Shown in pieces: positions 58,494 through 64,000 of a stretch of DNA of 64,000 nt. The stretch's first letter is position 1, and the number at the start of each line of letters is the position of its first letter. This DNA comes from Candidatus Saccharimonadales bacterium (GTDB taxonomy: Bacteria; Patescibacteriota; Saccharimonadia; Saccharimonadales; UBA10212): NCBI GenBank assembly GCA_038245195.1, contig JBBRSU010000001.1, forward strand, positions 64,121-128,120. Reading direction: 5' to 3'. The position numbers and the translations under genes are program-made. The notes beneath the pieces are model-generated. The model was not told the DNA's origin. It made no database searches and was given only the letters and a program-made list of their open reading frames with translations.

Positions 58494-59492
58494 ATGTCCA
58501 AAAAGCGTGCACTAATAACAGGGATTACCGGCCAAGATGGCTATCACTTATCGGAGCTTTTAAATAACAAAGGCTACGAAGTTTTTGGAGTTATACGGGG
58601 GCAACAAAACCCAAAGAGGGAGAGAGTTGAGCGAGAACAGCCTTATTTAAAACTCATTGAAGGTGACTTAACGGACGAGTCCTCACTTTTTAATGCATTC
58701 GAAATATCCGAACCAAACGAGGTGTATAATCTTGGCGCTATTAGCCATGTCGGTTACTCATTTAAAAACCCGGAGCTTACAGGAAGGGTTACGGGCATGG
58801 GGGTACTGAATATACTCGAGGTGATTAGAGTTACAGGAATGGCTAAAAAAACTCGCTACTACCAAGCTTCAACCTCAGAGATGTTTGGCGGTTTAGATTA
58901 TAATCGGCCCGGTAAAGGCTATGACGAAAATGCACTTTTCCATCCACGGAGTCCATATGGGGTGGCTAAACTATACGGACACTGGATTACTAAAAATTAC
59001 CGAGAAAGTTACGGTATACATGCTAGCTGCGGCATACTATTCAACCACGAAGGTCCGCGTCGCGGAGTAGAATTCGTAACCCGAAAAATCAGCAATTCGG
59101 TCGCCCGTATCCATTTAGGCAAGCAAGACCACATAGAACTAGGCAATCTTGATTCTAAACGAGACTGGGGTTACGCTGGCGACTATGTAGAAGGTATGTG
59201 GCGTATGCTACAGCAGGATAACCCCGATGACTATGTTTTAGCTACAGGTGAAACGCACACTATAGGCGAATTTCTAGACTTAGCTTTTAGGGAAATCGGT
59301 ATTAGCAACTGGAAGCCATACGTAAAGCATAATCCAGCGTTTATGCGTCCAGCTGAGGTTAATATCCTTCTAGGTAATCCAGCCAAGGCCGAGCAAGTAC
59401 TTGGCTGGAAGCGCAAAGTAGACTTTGATGGACTAGTTAAAATGATGGTCAAGCACGACCTAGAAATAGAATCCAACGACCGACTCGTCTAA
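58494..59492 (+). CDS. gmd: GDP-mannose 4,6-dehydratase
   Basis: ALITGITGQDGYHLSELL, YQASTSEMFG, SPYGVAKLYGHWITKNYRESYG and ILFNHEGPRRG. Confidence 0.95.
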   Translation: MSKKRALITGITGQDGYHLSELLNNKGYEVFGVIRGQQNPKRERVEREQPYLKLIEGDLTDESSLFNAFEISEPNEVYNLGAISHVGYSFKNPELTGRVTGMGVLNILEVIRVTGMAKKTRYYQASTSEMFGGLDYNRPGKGYDENALFHPRSPYGVAKLYGHWITKNYRESYGIHASCGILFNHEGPRRGVEFVTRKISNSVARIHLGKQDHIELGNLDSKRDWGYAGDYVEGMWRMLQQDNPDDYVLATGETHTIGEFLDLAFREIGISNWKPYVKHNPAFMRPAEVNILLGNPAKAEQVLGWKRKVDFDGLVKMMVKHDLEIESNDRLV

Positions 59493-59497
59493 GTACA

Positions 59498-60427
59498 TTA
59501 GATTTTATTGCGCCAGTAGTCCAGAGTCTCTTTGAGGGTTTGTGCCAATGGCATATGTGGTTCCCAACCGGTCGCCTCTGTTAGTTTAGAGTGATCGCCG
59601 TACAGATCCGCTATATCAGATGGCCTCATTCTGTTTTGGTCGATAGTAACGGTTATCTTGCATTTTACTTGTTCGATTAATAGGCTAAGAATTTCTTGTC
59701 CCGATACTGACTTTCCGGAGCAAATATTATAAACCTCTGTTACTTTCCCTTTCATCATTAATCCGACGTATGCCGAAACGATGTCTCTTACATCAGTAAA
59801 ATCACGTTTTGAAGAGAGGTTACCGACTCTTATTTCGGCAGGACCACTGCCTGCCTCAGCTTTTACAATTTGATTGGCTAGGTCGGATACTAGAAATCCG
59901 AGACTTTGACCGGGCCCAATATGGTTAAACGGCCTGGCGATAATGCTCTCAAAACCCCTGTTTCCATAGTAGGCGGCTAAATTTTCTTGAGCCAACTTAG
60001 CCACAGCATAAGGGCTGTTGCTATCCAGTGTTGATTCTTCATTCAGCGGCAGCCTACCAGTTTTGCTGTAAATTTGGCCACTGCTAACAACCAGCACTCG
60101 GGGCGTGATGCCAGCTAGGATACATGCCTCAAATAAATTGACCTGGATGGCGATTGTCTCATTTATAGACTTAAGAGGTTCTTTAAAAGATTCGCCAGGG
60201 GAAGAATATGCTGCCAAGTGATAAATTTGATCGGGCTCGATCGAGTCAATCAATTCGTTAACTGCTAAGGTGTCTAGTAAGTCGCATTGGTGCCAGTGCA
60301 AGTTCTCTGATTCTGATGTTTTATCAGTCTGCGTAGTTGCGTAGACGGCATTATCTGGCTGAGTAGCCAACTCTCTAATTAAATAGCTGCCTGCAAAGCC
60401 CGAGGCGCCCGTTACTAATATTTTCAT
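59498..60427 (-). CDS. rmd: NAD-dependent SDR, probably GDP-4-keto-6-deoxy-D-mannose reductase (Rmd-like)
   Basis: [23 protein letters not shown] and [11 protein letters not shown]. The [13 protein letters not shown] and VYNICSG pattern looks Rmd-like rather than Fcl-like to me. Adjacent to gmd. Confidence 0.62.
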   Translation of the reverse strand: MKILVTGASGFAGSYLIRELATQPDNAVYATTQTDKTSESENLHWHQCDLLDTLAVNELIDSIEPDQIYHLAAYSSPGESFKEPLKSINETIAIQVNLFEACILAGITPRVLVVSSGQIYSKTGRLPLNEESTLDSNSPYAVAKLAQENLAAYYGNRGFESIIARPFNHIGPGQSLGFLVSDLANQIVKAEAGSGPAEIRVGNLSSKRDFTDVRDIVSAYVGLMMKGKVTEVYNICSGKSVSGQEILSLLIEQVKCKITVTIDQNRMRPSDIADLYGDHSKLTEATGWEPHMPLAQTLKETLDYWRNKI

Positions 60428-61605
60428 TTGTTCGTCACTTTCTCTAGCAAGTTTAGCAACTCACGCGCACTTTTTTGCCAACTAAATTTTTGGGCCTGCA
60501 TAAGACCCTTTTCACGCATACTTTTAGCGAGTTGGTTGTCTGTTAATACGTGCTCAATTTGTTTACTAAGTTCTTCGTTGTCTTCTGCCTTAACCATTAT
60601 GGCCGCACCTCCTACGACTTCCGGCAAAGATGAGTTATTGCTGGTAATTACCGGTGTGCCGCAGGCCATAGCCTCAAGTGGGGGCATGCCAAAACCTTCG
60701 TAAAAAGCAGGAAAGACAAATACCGAGGCGCCGGAATACAAAGCCGGCAAATCTTCATCAGGTATGTAGCCAGTTTTTATCAAATCGTATTTGCTCGCCA
60801 ATTGGGCATACTTTGCTTCAATCTCTCCATCAAGCCAGCCCTTTCCCCCAACTAAAACTAGCGAATATTTATTTTTAAGATTCTCGGGGAGTTTATCGAA
60901 TGCATTTAATACACCCACTAAATTCTTACGTGGTTCCAGTGTGCAGACTGATAAAATATAAGCTTTCGTAATGCCGTACCTTTTGGTTGCTCCAGCTATG
61001 CTATTTCGGCCTTGGGGCTTAAATACCGCGTGGTCAACTGCCGGATTAACAATTGTAATTTTATCTTCAGGAACTTTGTAGTATTCCATAATTTCGTGCT
61101 TAGAGTTTTTGGATATAGTAATAATTTGGTTAGCTTTTTTGATAGATCGCGGAACGAACTTAAGCATGTAGGGCAAGTTTTTTTCCTGCGTATACTCTGG
61201 GTGATATACAAAAGACAAGTCATATATAACTACAATACTTTTAGTCTTTCGGAGGAGGGGAAACGCTACGAAGTTAAAAAATAGCATAACTTTATATTTT
61301 CTTAACGCCACTAAGTCGTACGGTGGCGCCCAGCCGACTCTTTTAAACATCTGATAGTAGATAATCGGCGGTAACCACCTAATAACCCTGTAAGTAAGGT
61401 GAGTACTTTCTGTTATCGGAGGAACGAAATCTCGGTGAGGCATTAAAGATCGTATTATCTCGAAGTTTATTGAAGAATTTTCCTCCATTTTGCTAGCGGT
61501 CTCGACTAGTCGTTTTGCATATTGTCCTATACCACTTAGTGTGCCAAAAAATGGTGCTCCTTCTACTCCAACCTTTTCTTGATTAATCATTCTCATTAAG
61601 CTCAT
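60424..61605 (-). CDS. glycosyltransferase family 4
   Basis: [26 protein letters not shown]-x7-E motif. Confidence 0.85.
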   Translation of the reverse strand: MSLMRMINQEKVGVEGAPFFGTLSGIGQYAKRLVETASKMEENSSINFEIIRSLMPHRDFVPPITESTHLTYRVIRWLPPIIYYQMFKRVGWAPPYDLVALRKYKVMLFFNFVAFPLLRKTKSIVVIYDLSFVYHPEYTQEKNLPYMLKFVPRSIKKANQIITISKNSKHEIMEYYKVPEDKITIVNPAVDHAVFKPQGRNSIAGATKRYGITKAYILSVCTLEPRKNLVGVLNAFDKLPENLKNKYSLVLVGGKGWLDGEIEAKYAQLASKYDLIKTGYIPDEDLPALYSGASVFVFPAFYEGFGMPPLEAMACGTPVITSNNSSLPEVVGGAAIMVKAEDNEELSKQIEHVLTDNQLAKSMREKGLMQAQKFSWQKSARELLNLLEKVTNK

Positions 61606-62698
61606 TATATAAAGGTATTATCTTATTCTCGACGATTTTTTGAATGTTAAAGTATCTTTTAGCCTTAAGCTGAGCCGCTTTACCTAGACGATCTCTTAGT
61701 TGCTCGCTATTTAGTAAACGGATAACTGGCTTGCTAATAGCCTCTGCGTTTTTTGGCTCAATAAGAACGCCACAATTATTATCAATTATTTCCGGCGTCC
61801 CGCCTACTCGTGTGGCCACTATTGGCCTAGCCAACATTGCGGCTTCAATTATGGCCAAACTAAAGGCTTCGTGATAGCTAGCGTGTACGAACACGTCCAT
61901 TGAAGCCACCACGTCGCTAGGGCGCTCTACATAATTGAATATTTTTACTCGATCAAAAATTTTAAGACTGCGACACAAATCTTCGTACTTCTGTTGGTTC
62001 CCGCTCGTTCCTCCAAGAAGCCACAAATCTACATCTAAGCGGTCAATATTTGCAAAACTTTCAATCAGTTCAGCAATGCCTTTACTCTCAACCAGTCTGG
62101 CGTTCGTGCCAATAATGAATTTATTGGTTTTAATAACCGGCGTTATTCCATCGGCTGGGAATACTCCGTTATGTATGGTTTTTAGGTTTTTGATTTCTGG
62201 GGCTACTGTTTGAATCTCGTGTTTCTCATTTTCGCTGGCACAGATGATAGCCTTAGCCTGGACGGAGGCTTTTATCAGCCACCGGCGCATCCTCGGATTA
62301 TGGTGCTTTATGTCATCTAAGGCGTATTTTAGGTCAGCATGATCTGTCCAGACCACAGGTTTTCGCAATAAATGAGCTGCTTTGGTTGCAAAGATAAAGT
62401 CATCACGCCCCTGGGGGTGCACCGCATTAATTCTACGAAACAAGATTATGCTCATATACCAAATTGTAAAAACGGGATAACGTAAATAATACCAGCGATC
62501 CCATTTTTGTGTATTGTGCCAGGGCCCAGATATAGATTCTATTTGTGCTTTGAGAGCTTTTTCGTGAATTTTCTTCACCTTGGTGACGAGTAGAGGCTGA
62601 TGCCCGGCAATCTTTAGTGCAACTGCTAAATTAAGTGCATATTGCTCGGCGCCCCCGACATCTTGTTGATAGGCATTTCTGATTATCAGAACCCTCAC
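61583..62698 (-). CDS. glycosyltransferase family 4
   Basis: HASYHEAFSLAIIEAAMLARPIVAT motif and an N-terminal GT4-like GGAEQY. Confidence 0.82.
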   Translation of the reverse strand: MRVLIIRNAYQQDVGGAEQYALNLAVALKIAGHQPLLVTKVKKIHEKALKAQIESISGPWHNTQKWDRWYYLRYPVFTIWYMSIILFRRINAVHPQGRDDFIFATKAAHLLRKPVVWTDHADLKYALDDIKHHNPRMRRWLIKASVQAKAIICASENEKHEIQTVAPEIKNLKTIHNGVFPADGITPVIKTNKFIIGTNARLVESKGIAELIESFANIDRLDVDLWLLGGTSGNQQKYEDLCRSLKIFDRVKIFNYVERPSDVVASMDVFVHASYHEAFSLAIIEAAMLARPIVATRVGGTPEIIDNNCGVLIEPKNAEAISKPVIRLLNSEQLRDRLGKAAQLKAKRYFNIQKIVENKIIPLYNELNEND

Positions 62699-63675
62699 TT
62701 AAAAGATCTCCCTACTCTACGTGGAAGAGACAATAGCTTTACTCTGATTCGCAAAACTGTGCCAGAAACTTCTTTAAATAAAAAACTCGGTGCTCCAATC
62801 ACTGCAATTGCTGACTTGATAGCATCCGGGAGACTTTTCTCGTTACGGAATATTCTAATGAACAAGGCCTGATCTTCAATGAATCTTATATAGGATGCAT
62901 TATTGATGTTTTTGTAATATTTTCTTTGCTTCAAGATATAGCTTAAAGTTACGCTGTATTTGTGCGTGCGCCGGAATGAGGTTGCTAGTTCAGACGCCTT
63001 AGTATGCTGTAAGGAAGAATTAGTTTGTGATATCCCCGACGGATTGATACGCCATTTATATAGAAAATCTGGTAAGCCAGCCATTGTGCTTATTTTGGCA
63101 AAACGTAGCCAAAGATCATAATCCTCAACTGGCCCTACGTCATTGCTATAACCGCCAAGTTGATTAAAAATCTCTCTCCTCATCATTACGGACCCATGGC
63201 CATACGGATTTCTAAGACATAACTCCCGTTTAATATCAGCATCGTTTACTAGCACGCCTTGTCTGCCCAATTCGGATCCATTTGAGTTAAAAAAAATAAA
63301 TCCGGTTCCCAGAATATCAACTTTTGACATAGAGTCAAGAAACTTAACTTGTTTTTCGAGCCTTGTGGGCATACTTATATCATCTGCATCCATCCTTGCT
63401 ATGTATTTGCCAGATGCTTTTGATATCGCTTTATTAAGCGACGTTACTAAACCCTCGTTTTCCTGATCAATAATTTTAATACGTGAGTCATTTTTTTTAG
63501 CGCGGTTTATAATATTTAAGCTATTGTCCGTGGACCCATCATTAACAATCAAAAATTCAAAGTCTGTATATGTCTGAGCTAGAATGCTATTGATGGCCTT
63601 ATCTAGAAACTTCGCTCCGTTGTATACGCTCATTACTACTGAGACGACTGGAGCTTTGTTCATAGTCTTATCCAT
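62695..63675 (-). CDS. glycosyltransferase family 2
   Basis: VSVVMSVYNGAKFLDKAINSILAQTYTDFEFLIVNDGSTDNS and a DADD (DxD) motif. Confidence 0.88.
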   Translation of the reverse strand: MDKTMNKAPVVSVVMSVYNGAKFLDKAINSILAQTYTDFEFLIVNDGSTDNSLNIINRAKKNDSRIKIIDQENEGLVTSLNKAISKASGKYIARMDADDISMPTRLEKQVKFLDSMSKVDILGTGFIFFNSNGSELGRQGVLVNDADIKRELCLRNPYGHGSVMMRREIFNQLGGYSNDVGPVEDYDLWLRFAKISTMAGLPDFLYKWRINPSGISQTNSSLQHTKASELATSFRRTHKYSVTLSYILKQRKYYKNINNASYIRFIEDQALFIRIFRNEKSLPDAIKSAIAVIGAPSFLFKEVSGTVLRIRVKLLSLPRRVGRSFK

Positions 63676-64000
63676 CTTCGTGGGACTATCTCAGTTTCGG
63701 AATTTGAGGCTTTGTTTCTAAACCAGTTTTTGGGAGCGATAACAATTTTGCCAGGATTATCGTTAAGCCAAGCCCCCCACCAGCTAAAGGAGCTATTGGC
63801 GATAATGTTGTGTTTGCAATGTTGCATTAGATAAATATCTTCGTGTGATTTGTCTGTCACATTTCCTTCAACAAAGACTGGCCTATTACCTAACCTCAAG
63901 TTATTCTTGCACCAATCTATATCATCCGAAAATACGAAAAAACGTAGCTCAGCTTGTCTATCACGCAAAAACTTAATTGATCTTTCGTAGTAACTAATTG
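63660..64000 (-). CDS. GT11-family (alpha-1,2-fucosyltransferase-like) glycosyltransferase, 5' end outside window
   Basis: The frame stays open to the window edge (..ISYYERSIKFLRDRQ..). FVFSDDIDWCKNNL and IIANSSFSWWGAWLN are GT11 motifs. Confidence 0.8.
   Translation of the reverse strand, partial: ISYYERSIKFLRDRQAELRFFVFSDDIDWCKNNLRLGNRPVFVEGNVTDKSHEDIYLMQHCKHNIIANSSFSWWGAWLNDNPGKIVIAPKNWFRNKASNSETEIVPRRWIRL

Noticed and set aside
1-64000. Alternative genetic code (UGA recoding as in some CPR lineages), CRISPR arrays, rRNA genes
   Set aside because: Well-conserved genes end at TGA at the expected lengths (for example mutM, and the ATGA overlaps), so the code is standard. No regularly spaced direct repeats and no rRNA-like sequence were seen on reading the window.

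Overview
The window is a densely coding, standard-code (UGA = stop) stretch of a small bacterial chromosome. The gene content looks like a reduced-genome Patescibacteria/CPR organism, most plausibly Saccharibacteria (TM7). That assignment is an inference from gene content only. The window has four parts. (1) 1-31.5 kb holds mostly core genes: mutM, holA, rpsT, truB, rpsO-pnp, family-4 UDG, RNase J, ftsK, rpsF-ssb-rpsR, efp, tlyA, ychF, comFC, hsp20 and three tRNAs. Accessory genes are interspersed among them: an Rpf-like transglycosylase, a Crp/Fnr regulator, an 870-aa SGNH-hydrolase surface protein, a type IV pilin-like fusion protein and several orphans. (2) 31.6-48.2 kb is a type IV secretion (T4SS)-like locus. 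Seven tandem VirB2/TrbC-like pilin paralogs on the minus strand diverge from an eight-gene plus-strand operon. The operon encodes a VirB6-like giant protein, a PrgI/VirB3-like protein, a VirB4 ATPase preceded by a separate VirB4-N-domain-like ORF, two murein-hydrolase-like proteins and unrecognisable proteins. No coupling protein, relaxase or VirB11 is present in the window. (3) 48.2-54.6 kb is the chromosomal origin region, recF-dnaN-dnaA | rpmH-rnpA-yidC-jag, with DnaA boxes on both sides of dnaA and a DnaA-trio-like element. rpmH is too short to appear in the supplied ORF track. (4) 54.7-64.0 kb is a surface-glycan locus with gmd, an rmd-like reductase, four glycosyltransferases, a Wzy/O-antigen-ligase-like protein, an acyltransferase and a truncated GT11 gene. 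I saw no rRNA, CRISPR array, transposase or integrase. All family calls come from reading motifs by eye; no database search or computation was possible.
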